A DNA stretch of 64,000 nucleotides from Squalus acanthias (lineage: Eukaryota): NCBI GenBank assembly GCA_030390025.1, contig CM059425.1, forward strand, positions 176,144,001 to 176,208,000, written 5' to 3'. The notes beneath the pieces were generated by a model. It worked only from the letters and a program-made list of their open reading frames with translations. It did not search any database and was not told the DNA's origin. Of this stretch, positions 11,056 to 23,239 are shown one piece after another. The translations under genes were made by a program, and so were the position numbers. Every line of letters begins with the position of its first letter. Within the stretch, counting starts at the first letter, position 1.

Positions 11056-12066
11056 ATGGCTTTACAGGCCAGGGAATGGGCACCCAGGGTCTTGGACGCA
11101 GCACTCGAACCCTTTGTGCAAGGGGTGAACACTCAAAGAGAGGTCCTCTACACACAGGGGGCCAGGAGGCCCTCCAGAAACACTATAAGAAGGATGTGGG
11201 ATAAGATCGCCGAGGCAGTCAGTTTCGCCCGCAGGACCTGGCTCCAGTGCCCAAAGAAGTTTAATTACCTCAGAGGAGTGGTCAAGGACAGTGAATGCAT
11301 CTTCAAAAGCCATCTCATATCAACTGCATCACTGGCCTCACACACTGCTCAATCCACAACCCCCCCCAGTCACTCACCAATTAACAATCTGTACCAAACA
11401 TTCCTAGCTTCACCCCACCCTCACACACTTACCATTGCTGCAAACCTCACCGCCACACCACCCAAACACATTACACCACACTCACTGACACACTTGCAGG
11501 AAAAAGTACCACATAACTGGCGCCAGAAGACCTTAACCAGCGGGGGACAGGCTCGCCTGCATCGCCTCACCCCCTTGGAAGAGACGGTGCTGGCCATTCT
11601 TGGCAGGGGCATTGCTGAAAGAATACAAGATGCCGGTATCCTCATATGTCATCCTCCTTCTCATATCCCACTTGCCACTCATCCCACAATATCTTCTGAT
11701 TTACAATCTGCACATGGTGTAAGCCTGCACCACTTGCTTCCCACCCCCCCTCCCCTCACCACTAACCTACCTTTGTGCCTTTCTCATTTCAGACATCCAA
11801 GAAATCCAGCTTGCTCAGCCAGTGGGTCAACAAGAAGAGGGAGAGGAGAGTGAAGAAAAAGAAGAAACACTGTCACTCAATTTGACACTCCCAGCCACCA
11901 GCTCCTCGATGTTGTCCTGCAAGACCATCTGCAGTCTCCCCCACTGAAAGTCAGCAGCCTTCCACTAGCTATGCTCCAGGCACTGGGGTAGCACTGCTTA
12001 GGAGCACTAGGATAGGCAAACGCACACGCAAGACACTCACTAAGAGAATGCACAAGGGTGATAAGT
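11056..12066 (+). pseudogene. Harbinger Myb/SANT gene with internally deleted exon 3
   Basis: MALQAREWAPRVLDAALE..MWDKIAEAV..RTWLQCPKKFNYL; exon 2 EKVPHNWRQKTLTSGGQARL; short acidic exon 3 and RSTRIGKRTRK tail. Confidence 0.8.
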
Positions 12067-12234
12067 TGATTTTTTGATGTAATATTGGATGCATATATGG
12101 ATAAAGTTGGATTGAAAAGTTTGCTTTGTGGTGGCTTTTCTTTCAGCATTGTGGCCAAGAGGACACTGTGATGGTCAGTAACAGAGGGAAGGTAAGGTGT
12201 GGGACTAATGTTGAAAGGGGAATTGGGGTGGTGT

Positions 12235-12370
12235 TCACTGGTACCGCAGGCGGATGATTCGATCCCGGATATCCCGGCCAGAAAGGGGCCGTCTGGATTG
12301 CCTTCTTCCTTCCACTTCCTCCTCCTCCTTTTCTGCTTCCTCCTCTTCCTCTTGGCAATGTGACCTGCTA
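12235..12370 (-). pseudogene. Harbinger transposase C-terminal stub
   Basis: EEEEE..PLSGRDIRDRIIRLRYQ*, convergent with the Myb gene. Confidence 0.65.
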
Positions 12371-12479
12371 TTTTGGATGTTGCCGCTTGACTTTACGCCC
12401 TCTCCAAAGTACGCACAGCTGAACATGCATTCAGCTGCATGACAGGCCCCACACCAGTGCTACTTAAGGGGACACATGC

Positions 12480-13280
12480 AACTTTGAGGTAAGTTGCTTT
12501 TTGCTTTTGTACTGGTTCCTGTACAGTTTATTTGAGTAGTGGTTTGGTGTAAGACATTTAAAAAGTTGTTAAAGTGTGCAGGGAGTGCAGGGAGTGCTGC
12601 TGGATATTTGCAAGGCTTTGGCTCTTAAAGGAAGGCCTCTGAGAACACCACTTACTTCCAGTCCTGGGGACTCTAGTTGCAGTCCCCCTTGGGCTGCAGC
12701 ATGACTTTGAGATGGAGCAGAGGCAGCAAAGGGGACAAGCTGCTCGCAGAGGGATGAGGAGGAGGAGAAAGAGGAAGAGGAGGAGGAGGAAGGGAAGAGG
12801 CAACCAACACAGCCCCTTTCTGGCCGGAATGCCCGTGATCAACTGATCCAACTGTGGTACCAGTGAATGCAACCCCAATTCCCCATTCACCCACAGTCCC
12901 AAACCATCCCATCCCTCTGTTACAGACCATCACAGCGTCTTCTTAGCCACATTGCTACAATAAAAGCCACCACAAAACAAACATTCCAAACCAACTTTAT
13001 ACATTAATCTATCCAATATTACATAGCAAAGTCAACTAATCAACCTTGTGTATTCCCTCAGTGCCTGTCTTCCTTGTGCCTTTGCCTGTTCTAGTGCTCC
13101 TACGCAGTGCTACCCCAGTGGCTGCAGCATAGCTAGTGGAAGGTTGCTGACTTTCAGTGGGGGAGACTGCAGATGGCCTTGCAGGACAACATTGAGGAGC
13201 TGGTGGCCGGGAGTGTGAAATCGAGTGACAGTGATTCTTCTTTTTCTTCACTCTCCTCTCCCTCCTCTTTGCAGGTCATC
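12480..13280. mobile_element. Second, inverted copy of the same non-autonomous Harbinger (transposase stub +, Myb tail -)
   Basis: Plus strand ..LVAVPLGLQHDFEMEQRQQRG.. joined to ..PLSGRNARDQLIQLWYQ*. ORF 13036-13251 carries the VALRRSTRTGKGTRK tail. Confidence 0.7.
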
Positions 13281-14512
13281 AGCCAACAGAGGCAGAATCC
13301 AACCAAAATTCTGCAGCCAATGAACATTCCTGCAAAGTTCCAGCCTTCAGTTAAATTGCATTTACAAAAGGTCAGCAAATAAGATGTTAAAAAATAAAGT
13401 GGCGAACTTAAAGGAAAATACAAATTATTGGGTTTGAATAAGAAGCAGTGGAATTTAATTGACTATTAATCAGGAAAATTGAGGTATATGAATTCAATAT
13501 TAAACTGTGTGACTCCAATTTCCTCAGAGTAAATGCTGTAGTACAGGCATTATCAGGGAGGATGGGGGCTAGCAGGGGTGGACTTTGGGGTGAGACCCGT
13601 CTACTCCAGGTCTCCAATGTGTTTTTCAAATACGGGTGTTATCCTGGAGTGAGGCAGGTGGTTCTTGTGTCTGCCCTCCCTTTGCGAATGGCATCAGAGA
13701 AGGAGGTGGCACTGGTTGGATGTTGCAATCCAACATAATTCCTGCCAGTCCCATCTCAGTTGCCCTCAATGTACTATGTGCCTGTATAAAGTAAGCACAC
13801 AGAAATTTCAAGCAGGCGGAAGTGGAAAGGCTGGTATCCTGGTGGCAGTTGGTTGTTAAGTGATCGGATAATGTAAAAAAAAGGTATTCCTGGAAAAGGA
13901 TCTATTCTTGATTTTTCAGCCAGAACTGCTGGCACTCAGCCCCAGTGGCTAGACGACGGAGAAACTGCCAACCCTTACACCCAAGGAGCACCCAGCTCTG
14001 CCACTAATGGCAGAAGCTGCCGTCCACTTGGTGGAAATGCCTCTGGCCCCAGGAGTTCTGATGGGCAGCGCAGAGGAAGTCCCACTCCACCATTGTCATG
14101 ACTGGAGCAGGATCGCAGGTTTTCAGGGCCTTTGTCAATTTAATGATAAACAGCAGGAAAACTCAAAGCACTTACCCAGTTCTATTGCAAAAAATCTTTC
14201 TTTTGTATTCCTCCTTTCCTTTCATTCTACTCGCTGTTACTCGATCGAAAGGAAACTTCTTAAGATTCTTATAATGGAAAAGTAAACAGCGGTGGCATTC
14301 TGTTCTATTTGTACAGCTGAATACGGTGCTTTATTTCTAAAGGTTCTTTTAGAGTAGCTCCTTGGACTTAAATCTTGTTTCAAGCTCTGATTCCAACAAC
14401 ATACGAAATCCAGTTATTGAACTGATATAAAAGATGAGTTATAATTGTAACTAGCAGGAGAATAACAAGTATAATAAACAAAGTATGCATCTTATTTGTA
14501 TGATTATATAAA

Positions 14513-14690
14513 AAAAGAAAATGCTTGAAATACACGACAGGCCAGTTTGCATCTGTAAAGAGTTAAGACAGGTTAACTTTTCAAGTGTAACCATTTGTTG
14601 CCTCTATTTTCTCAACAGCTGGGGACAAATTGCTGTGCGGTTCTAGAATTTTATATTTTTATTTCTAACATTTCTAGCATTTGAAGTTTT
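14513..14690. mobile_element. Highly decayed family B fold-back element
   Basis: AGAAAATGCTTGAAATACACGACAGGCCAG..GCATCTGT and ..TTTCTAGCATTTGAAGT resemble the two arms of 9612-9813. Confidence 0.4.
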
Positions 14691-17033
14691 TTCCCTGTGC
14701 TTCTATGACAGCACTTTCAGTCCTAATAAAAGCATAACTGGATGGCCAAGAAATTTCACACTTGAATCAGGATTTCCTTAAACTGTGGATAAAAATAGCC
14801 AGTTGGTAAATGTTTGCACCACAGTCCATTTAAGCATTCATCCAATATTTGGACCAATCTAAAAAAAACAGAGCACTTAACAAAAATATGTAAGGGTAGA
14901 AATCTCGGAATCAGTTTGAGGCGGTGTAATTTTTGGCATGGCAGGACTTCAATCCGCTGCTGTGCCTCACCGCTAATCCCTTCCCAATTCCTGGGAACAA
15001 GGTTGTTAGAGTATTTAGGGGTGCCTGCACCTGTTGAGTCAAAACAAGGGTGACTGGTCTACTAGGCAGGGCCATTTAATTAAGGTAAGCAAGACCACTT
15101 GTTACAGTTGGGTCCTTCTTAAGGCCCAGAACAGAACCTATATCTTCTCTAAGGTGATGTAGGTTCCAGTGGGCCTATCAGAAATGCTTTGGTTGGAATT
15201 CCCAATGAGGCCCAGGACTGCCCCCTGATATGCTCCAAACTGCCAAAGCTCAATTTGGCGAGCATGGTTCGAGGGGCAGAAATTCAGCTGATCCAGATTC
15301 CACCCCAAATTCGCCTCCACCAAGATTTATTCTCCAGTTATACCCCAATGACACGTGTAATTTCTGTGCTATTTTCATTTCAAGCAAGTGAATTTCCACA
15401 AAGGATCTCCCATTAGTTGATTGTAACTTTGGAAAAGCTGTGGAAATTTCAGCCATTTACATCATTCTTCTGGGATTTCCACGGCTTTTCTAATGAAGGT
15501 ATGGCAGACAAGTGGGAGAACTACTGTGGAAATTAACCTCCCTCAGTGATGAGAAGCAAGTCATGCTGCATCTAATATCCAGCAGTCGAAGGAAATCACT
15601 CTTGGCAGTCTACTGGTAAGAGTGATTGTGATCTTTACTGATCTAGTCACAGAGCAATATACCTGTATTCTCTTCTGAACCAGCAGTGAGCATGCACTTA
15701 GTTCAAGAAGAATTGGGGGAGGGGATAACTGAGTCCGCGATTTCCCCTACCTCGGCGGGTCCGGGGCGGGTGACGTCGGTGGTGGGTCCTGACCCCGCTG
15801 CTGGCTCCAGCCCATTGTGTAGAATGATTTTACGTTGATTGGGCTTGTTAAGCCCGCCCAGCGTGTTTGCTGGCCAATTGAAGGAACCGGTCTGATGACG
15901 TCATTTGGTGACGCGTCATCAGCCGGTTTTCTTAAAGGGACCATGTGCAAATTTATTTTGATATTTGTGCTGTCAGTGTTCTACAGCATTGAGGTGATGC
16001 AAATACTGACAAGCACTGCACAGAGATGCACGGCTGCACCCAGGCTCTCCCATGACAGATTTTCCATTTTGGATACTGATGGGAGAGATGGTTTCTCAGG
16101 GGAATGCAGCAAGAACCAAGTCTGTGGCACTACGAGTGGCTCAGCTGCACAGGAGGGGAGGAAAAAGAGTGGGAGAGCAATAGTGATAGGGGATTCTATC
16201 GTAAGGGGAACAGATAGACGTTTCTGTGGCCGCAGACGTGACTCCAGGATGGTATGTTGCCTCCCTGGTGCCAGGGTCAAGGATGTCACTGAACGGCTGC
16301 AGGGCATCCTGAAGGGGGAGAGTGAACAGTCAGAGTTGTGGTTCACATTGGTACCAACGACATGGGTAGAAAGAGGGATGAGGTCCTGCAATTGGAATTT
16401 AGGGAGCTAGGTAGCAGATTAAAAAGCAGCACCTCAAAGGCTGTAATCTCTGCATTACTCCTGGTGCCACGTGCTAGTGAGTATAGGAATAGGAGGATAG
16501 AGCAGATGAATGCGTGGCTAAAGAGTTGGTGCAGGAGGGAGGGCTTTAGTTTCCTGGATCACTGGGTCTGCTTCTGGGGAAGGTGGGACCTGTACAAGTC
16601 GGACGGGTTGCACCTGAACCGGAATGGGACCAACATCCTTGCGGGGAGGTTTGCTAGTACTGTTGGGGGGGGGGGGGTTTAAACTAACTTGGCAGGGGGA
16701 TGGGATATGGAGTGGAGCTATAGTAGGGGGTGATGCACAGCCAAATATAGAGGAAAAAACAAGGCAGCCTGGAAGGCAGAGCAAATATGTAACGGCACAA
16801 GGGAGTATGGCAAGGCTGGATGGCATTTATTTTAATGCAAGGAGTCTTGCGAGTAAGGCAGATGAATTGAAGGTGTTGATGAACACATGGGAGTATGATA
16901 TTGTTGATATCACAGAGACATGGTTGAGGGAGGGGCAGAACTGGCAGCTCAATATTCCGGGGTATAGTATCTTCAGGCGAGACAGAGGGGGGTGTAAAAA
17001 AGGAGGGGGTGTCGCAATATTAATCAAGGAGTC

Positions 17034-17260
17034 TGACATGAATCTGTCATTCATGAAAGAAAGACTTATGAAATAATACTGAGTGGCCTGCGGGTGGCGT
17101 TGTCCAGGGAGAGTATAAATACTCGGGCACGGGCCCAGCTTGCGCAGGACATTCGTAATAGGAACTAGTGAAGGACACAACCAGATCTCCATGTTGTAAA
17201 ACAGTTGATTAAAGCTTTGTTTAACGCTTAGACCAAGTGTCTAGTAGTTTTCTTACATCA
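17034..17260 (+). mobile_element. Solo LTR, 227 bp
   Basis: TGA...TCA termini, 5-bp TSD GAGTC at 17029-17033 and 17261-17265, TATAAA at 17114, ATTAAA at 17208. Removal restores the CR1 frame (LIKES/ITAV). Confidence 0.85.
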
Positions 17261-18791
17261 GAGTCAATTACTGCAGTAAGGAGGGATGATATCTTAGCAG
17301 GTTCCTCTAATGAGGCCATATGGGTAGAACTTAAAAACAAAAAGGGGGCAAGCACTTTGCTGGGCGTGTACTATAGGCCCCCAAACAGTCAGGGGGAGAA
17401 AGAGGAACAGATATGTAGGCAAATCTCAGAGAAGTGTAGAAATAATAGGGTAATAATAGTAGGGGATTTCAACTTCCCCAATATTAACTGGGATAGTCAG
17501 AGTGTGAAAGGCTTAGAGGGCGCGGAATTCTTAAAGTGCATCCAGGAGAGCTTTTTGAGCCAGCATGTAGAAAGTCCTACAAGAGAGGGGGCGGTACTGG
17601 ACCTAATTCTAGGGAATGTAGCCGGGCAAGTGGTAGAAGTGTTAGTAGGAGAGCATTTTGGTGACAGTGACCATAATTCGGTGAGATTTAAGGTAGTCAT
17701 GGAAAAGGACAAAGATGGACCGGAAATAAAGGTTCTAAATTGGGGGAGGGCCGATTTTAATATGATAAGGTATATTCTGGCCAAAGTGGACTGGGATCAG
17801 CTACTTGTAGGAAAATCCACATCAGAGCAGTGGGAGTCTTTCAGAAAGGAAATAGAGAGAGTACAATGGCAACATGTTCCCGTAAAGGTCAAGGGTGGGA
17901 CCAACAAGCCCAGGGAACCCTGGATGTCAAGGGATATACGAGAATGGATTAGGAAAAAAAGGGAGGCTTTTGGCACATACAAAGGACTAAAAACAGTGGA
18001 AGCCCTAGAGGAGTATAGAAAGTGCAGGGGGGTACTCAAAAAAGAAATTAGGAGAGCGAAGAGGGGGCATGAAAAAAAACTGGCGGGCAAAATAAAGGAA
18101 AATCCCAAGGTGTTTTATAAGTATATTAAGGGCAAGAGGATAACCAGGGAAAGAGTAGAGCCAGAAGATGTAGGTGAGGTTTTAAATGAATATTTTGCAT
18201 CTGTGTTCACTATGGAGAAGGACAATGTAGGCATAGAAATCAGGCAGGGCGATTGTGATATACTTGAACAAATTAGTATTGAGAGGGAGGAGGTACTAAC
18301 GGTTTTAGCGGGCTTAAAAGTGGATAAATCCCCAGGCCCAGACGAGATGTATCCCAGGTTGCTGTGTGAGGCAAGGGAGGAGATTGCAGGGGCTCTGACA
18401 CAAATTTTCAGAACCTCTCTGGCCACAGGGGAGGTGCCAGAGGACTGGAGAACAGCTAACGGAGTACCATTATTCAAGAAGGGTAGTAGGGATAAACCAG
18501 GGAATTACAGGCCAGTGAGCCTAACATCAGTGGTAGGGAAATTATTGGAAAAAATTCTGAGGGACAGAATTAGTCTCCACTTGGAGAGCAAGGATTAATC
18601 AAGGATAGTCAGCATGGCTTTGTCAGGGGGAGATCATGTCTGACCAATTTGATTGAATTTTTTGAGGGGATGACTAGGTGTGTGGATGAGGGTAGTGCAG
18701 TTGATGTGGTCTACATGGACTTCAGTAAGGCTTTTGACAAAGTCCCGCATGGGAGACTGGTCAAGAAGGTAAGAGCCCATGGGATCCAGGG

Positions 18792-20203
18792 CAATTATAG
18801 ACCGGTAAGCCTGACATCGGTAGTGGGCAAAATGCTAGAGTCCATTATAAAAGATGTAATAGCAGAGCACTTGGAAAACAGTGACAGGATTGGACAAAGT
18901 CAACATGGATTTACAAAAGGGAAATCATGCCTAACTAATCTACTGGAATTTTTTGAGGATGTAACTGGTAGAATAGATAAGGGAGAAACAGTGGATGTGG
19001 TGTATTTGGACTTTCAGAAGGCTTTTGATAAGGTCCCGCATAAGAGATTAGCGTGCAAAGTTAAAGCACATGGGATTGGGGGTGAGGTGCTGATTTGGAT
19101 AGAGAACTGGTTGGCAGACAGGAAGCAAAGAGTTGGAATAAACGGGTCTTTTTCCAAGTGGCAGGCAGTGACTAGTGGGGTACCACAGGGATCGGTGCTA
19201 GGACCCCAGCTATTCACAATATATATTAATGATCTAGACGAGGGAACTAGATGTAATATCTCTAAGTTTGCAGACGACACAAAGCTGGGTGGGCGTGTGT
19301 GCTGTGAGGAGGATGCAGAGAAACTCCAGTATGATTTGGACAGGTTGGGTGATTGGGCAGATGCATGGCAGATGCAGTATAATGTGGATAAATGCGAGGT
19401 TATCCACTTTGGTGGCAAAAACAGGAAGACAGTTTATTATCTGAACGGCAATAGATTAGGAAAAGGGGAAGTGCAACGAGATCTGGGAGTCCTTGTGCAC
19501 CAGTCGCTGAAGGTAAGCATGCAGGTGCAGCAGGCGGTTAAGAAGGCAAATGGTATGTTGGCCTTCATAGCGAGAGGATTCGAGTACAGGAGCAAGGATG
19601 TCTTGCTGCAGTTGTACAAGGCCTTGGTGAGACCACACCTTGAGTATTGTGTGCAGTTTTGGTCGCCTTATCTGAGGAAGGATGTTCTTGCCATGGAGGG
19701 AGTGCAGCGAAGATTTACCAGACTGATACCTGGGATGGCAGGAATGACATATGAAGAGAGATTGGGTCGATTAGGCTTATATTCGCTAGAGTTTAGAAGA
19801 ATGAGAGGGGATCTCATTGAAACTTATAAAATTCTAACAGGACTAGACAGACTAGATGCAGGAAGGATGTTCCCGATGGCGGGGGAGTCCAGGACCAGAG
19901 GTCACAGTCTAAGGATAAGGGGTAAACCATTTAGGACTGAGGTGAGGAGGAATTTCTTCACCCAGAGAGTGGTGAACCTGTGGAATTCTCTACCACAGAA
20001 GGCAGTTGATGCCAATTCATTAAATATATTCAAGAAGGAGATAGGTATATTTCTTCAGGCTAAAGGGATCAAGGGATATGGGGAGAAAGCAGGGACAGGG
20101 TACTGAATTTGGATGATCAGCCATGATCTCATTAAATGGCGGAGCAGGCTCGAGGGGCCGAATGGCCTACTCCTGCTCCTATCTTCTATGCTTCTATGCT
20201 TCT
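18792..20203 (+). mobile_element. CR1 LINE (different subfamily), 5'-truncated, inserted into the RT region of the host CR1
   Basis: Uninterrupted NYRPVSLTS...GEKAGTGY* to 20106, 3' UTR and (TTCTATGC)n tail. Host resumes GNLAHWIQNWL at ~20205. Confidence 0.92.
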
Positions 20204-22950
20204 AGGGGAACTTGGCACATTGGATCCAAAATTGGCTGAGTGACAGGAGGCAGAGGGTGATGGTCGAAGGTTGTTTTTGTGACAGGAAGCCTGTGTCCAG
20301 TGGTGTACCGCAGGGATAGGTGCTGGGTCCTTTGCTGTTTGTAGTGTACATTAATGATTTAGATATGAATTTAGGAGGTATGATCAGTAAGTTCGCAGAT
20401 GATACGAAAATTGGTGGGGTGGTAAATAGCGAGGAGGGAAGCCTCAGGCTACAGGACGATATGGACGGGTTGGTCAGATGGGCAGAACAGTGGCAAATGG
20501 AATTTAACCCTGAAAAGTGTGAGGTGATACATTTTGGGAGAATTAACAAGGCAAGAGAATACACAATGAATGGTAGGACCCTAGGAAGGACGGAGGATCA
20601 GAGGGACCTTGGTGTGCATGTATATAGATCCCTGAAGGCAGCAGGACAGGTAGATAAGGTGGTTATAAAGGCATATGGGATACTTGCCTTCATTAGCCGA
20701 GGCATAGAATATAAGAGCAGGGAGGTTATGATGGAACTGTACAAAATGCTAGTTAGGCCACAGCTGGAATACTGTGTGCAGTTCTGGTCACCACACTATA
20801 GGAAGGATGTGATTGCATTGGAGAGGGTGCAGAGGAGATTCACCAGGATGTTACCTGGGCTGCAGTGCTTCAGCTATGAAGAGAGACTGGACAGGCTGGG
20901 GTTGTTTTCCTTAGAGCAGAGAAGGCTGAGGGGGAACCTGATTGAGGTGTACAAAATTATGAGGGGCATAGATAGGGTAGATAGAAAGGAACTTTTCCCC
21001 TTAGTAGAGGGGTCAATAACCAAGGGGCATAGTTTCAAGGTAAGGGGCAGGAGGTTTAGAGGGGATTTGAGGAAAAACTTTTTCACCCAGAGGGTGTTTG
21101 GAATCTGGAACTCACTGCCTGAAAGGGTGGTCGAGGCAGGAACCCTCACAACATTCAAGAAGCATTTAGATGAACACTTGAAACGCCATAGCTTACAAGG
21201 CTACGGACCAAGTGCTGGAAAATGGGATTAGAATAGACAGAGCTTGATGGCCAGCGCGGACACGATGGGCCGAAGGGCCTCTTTCTGTGCTGTATAACTC
21301 TATGACTCTATCTATGACTCTACTCCATATGCTTATGGAGGGTGTCACAGCACGCAGGGAGGTTCTCTTCCCTTCCAAGGAGACCAACATAGCCTGGTTG
21401 CACATTGCACAGGAGGACACAAGCAGGGATGTTGTAAGGAGGACCAGGCTGCAGTGGCACAAACCTTTCAATGATCTCAGTAGATTACGAAACGTTACTG
21501 CAAAGCCACACCCAACCTCATCCTGCTGTGCCTCTCATCACATCCCCATCACTCTGCCTTCCCTACCCTACTCCTGTGCATCTTTACTCACACCAACTTA
21601 CCTTGCACCTCCACCCATCCCTCTCTATCTACATTATCACTTCCCCATCTCACTAGCCACCCCTCACACTCACCCTCATCCTAGACCAATCATACCAACT
21701 AACAACACACAAGGGTAGGCACTTGTGTTTATTAGCCAATGTTCATGTAAAGTTTTTGTTAATGTGCTGTCAAACATTGAAACCTTTATTTTTAACACTT
21801 TGCGTTCTTGACCAGATTTGTGTGCACCTTTGGAAGCGGCTTAGTGAGTTGCAGTGAATGGTGAGATATAACGTTACCCCCTGCAATGGTGATGAGTGTG
21901 AAAGGAATGGCTTGGGCATTGTAGGGATGCTTTATGGTGCTGGTGTGGGGTGGTGCCAACCTGGTGCATCATGTGGCAGCCAGGGTGTACAGTGTCAAGT
22001 GAAGTAAATCTGGCCATGGTGAGGCCATCCCTGGCGTCCCGGGCAGCAATGTGGTCGGGTGCTGATGCCCTGCGTCCTGTGCAGCATCAGTTGATTGCAG
22101 AGAAGGTTGGTGTTATTGTTGGTGCTGCTGGTGTGCTTGGTGCTGCTGGTGTTGGGGCTGATCGCGGTGGGATTCTGAGGACCAAGGTGAGATAGTTACA
22201 ATGGCAATGATGATGATGTAATAGATGGCAGGTGAACCTGAGATGACAGAAGTGATCTGTCAATAGTGAGAGAGGTTGTTCCAATGATGTGACACTGGAT
22301 GGAGAGTTTGCTCCAAACACTTGCAACCTGCATAAAGCTCAACCTGTCTTCCAAATGCAGTAAGCAACAGCTTCTGAGCTTGGAAAGTGAACAGATGTGA
22401 GTTGGGAGCTTTTAAAGCACATTTGCAGCTGTCAAGTAATGAGATGATTCTATGGTCATACAACTCCCGACCTCCTTACCTGACATGATCCCCAAGCAGC
22501 GTGGACCCCATGGGCGACCTTGTAAAATGGTACGGTGAGCTCAAAATACTTTTTAATGTGCTGTGAACAAGGTCATAATGACCTGAATTGGCTCCCCCAC
22601 CGCTGCGTGTCGGGTCTGTTGAGCCCTGACAGACCCGACATCTGGGAAAGTCGCGTGGCAGTGGGTGGACAGTGGGGTCCCGACCCGCTGTCAAAACATA
22701 TTTTTCCCACCCGACCCACCACCGAATATGCCTGCTAACCTCCCGAAAAATTCCCCCCTGAATGTTCAATCCGTATTCCTGGCAAATTAATTTGGAGAGT
22801 ATATATCAATAACACAGAGAACCAGACAGATAGACAGAGATGGGGGGAGATACAGACAGACAGACAGAAAGAGATGGGGAGAGATACAGACAGAGGGGGT
22901 GAAATTCATCTTGGACAGTAGCACAAAATAGGCGATAATGAATTGGCCAC

Positions 22951-23168
22951 CTGTTTTACAATCTGTCTGAGTTTCTTCCCTGTTTTACAATCTGCCTGCG
23001 TTTCTTTCCTTGTTTTACAATCTGTCTGAGTTTCTTTCCCTGTTTTACAATCTGCCTGAGTTTCTTTCCCTGTTTTACAATCTGCCTGCGTTTCTTTCCC
23101 TGTTTTACAATCTGCCTGCGTTTCTTTCCCTGTTTTACAATCCGCCTGAGTTTCTTTCCCTGTTTTAT
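22951..23168. repeat. 30-bp minisatellite, about 7 copies (TGTTTTACAATCTGCCTGMGTTTCTTTCCC)
   Basis: Direct head-to-tail units with no spacers. Preceded by a GGGGGTGAAATT TIR-like end at 22895 and a GACA-rich tract. Confidence 0.95.
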
Positions 23169-23239
23169 ACTCTTAACCCTAAGGAATTCCACTTGCTAGG
23201 TATATAGATGGTATGCAGCCATAAACTTTCTTGCACGTC

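Larger units (their letters stand above)
16057..21318 (+). mobile_element. CR1 LINE, 5'-truncated in ORF1, decayed, with nested solo LTR and CR1
   Basis: SGNH esterase motifs (VIGDSIVR, HIGTND, DGLHLN), APE endonuclease (NARS, ITETW, GDFN, SDH), RT (KFADD). Stop at 21231, (CTATGACT)n-type tail. Confidence 0.95.
15733..22758 (+). mobile_element. Non-autonomous Harbinger whose Myb exon 1 is split by a CR1
   Basis: TGA flanks at 15730-15732 and 22759-22761. Myb exon reads ..AAPRLSHD (16055) then LHMLMEGVTARREVLFP..WLHIAQE (21320+). Transposase stub HIAARDARDGLTMARF on minus at ~22000-22055. Confidence 0.7.

Noticed and set aside
10999..11853. 284-aa protein
   Set aside because: The ORF reads through the Myb gene introns by chance; exon homology is confined to parts of it.
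16665..16677. G13 run (also C-run at ~27025-27040) as a regulatory switch
   Set aside because: More simply homopolymer slippage or sequencing error in dead elements.
18649..20106. Single genuine 485-aa gene
   Set aside because: It is a chimera of two CR1 copies with a TTG start.
22951..23168. CRISPR array or basic repeat protein (KQGKKRRQIV)n
   Set aside because: Units are contiguous with no unique spacers, no cas genes are present, and the context is eukaryotic. The ORF is a by-product of a 30-bp period.
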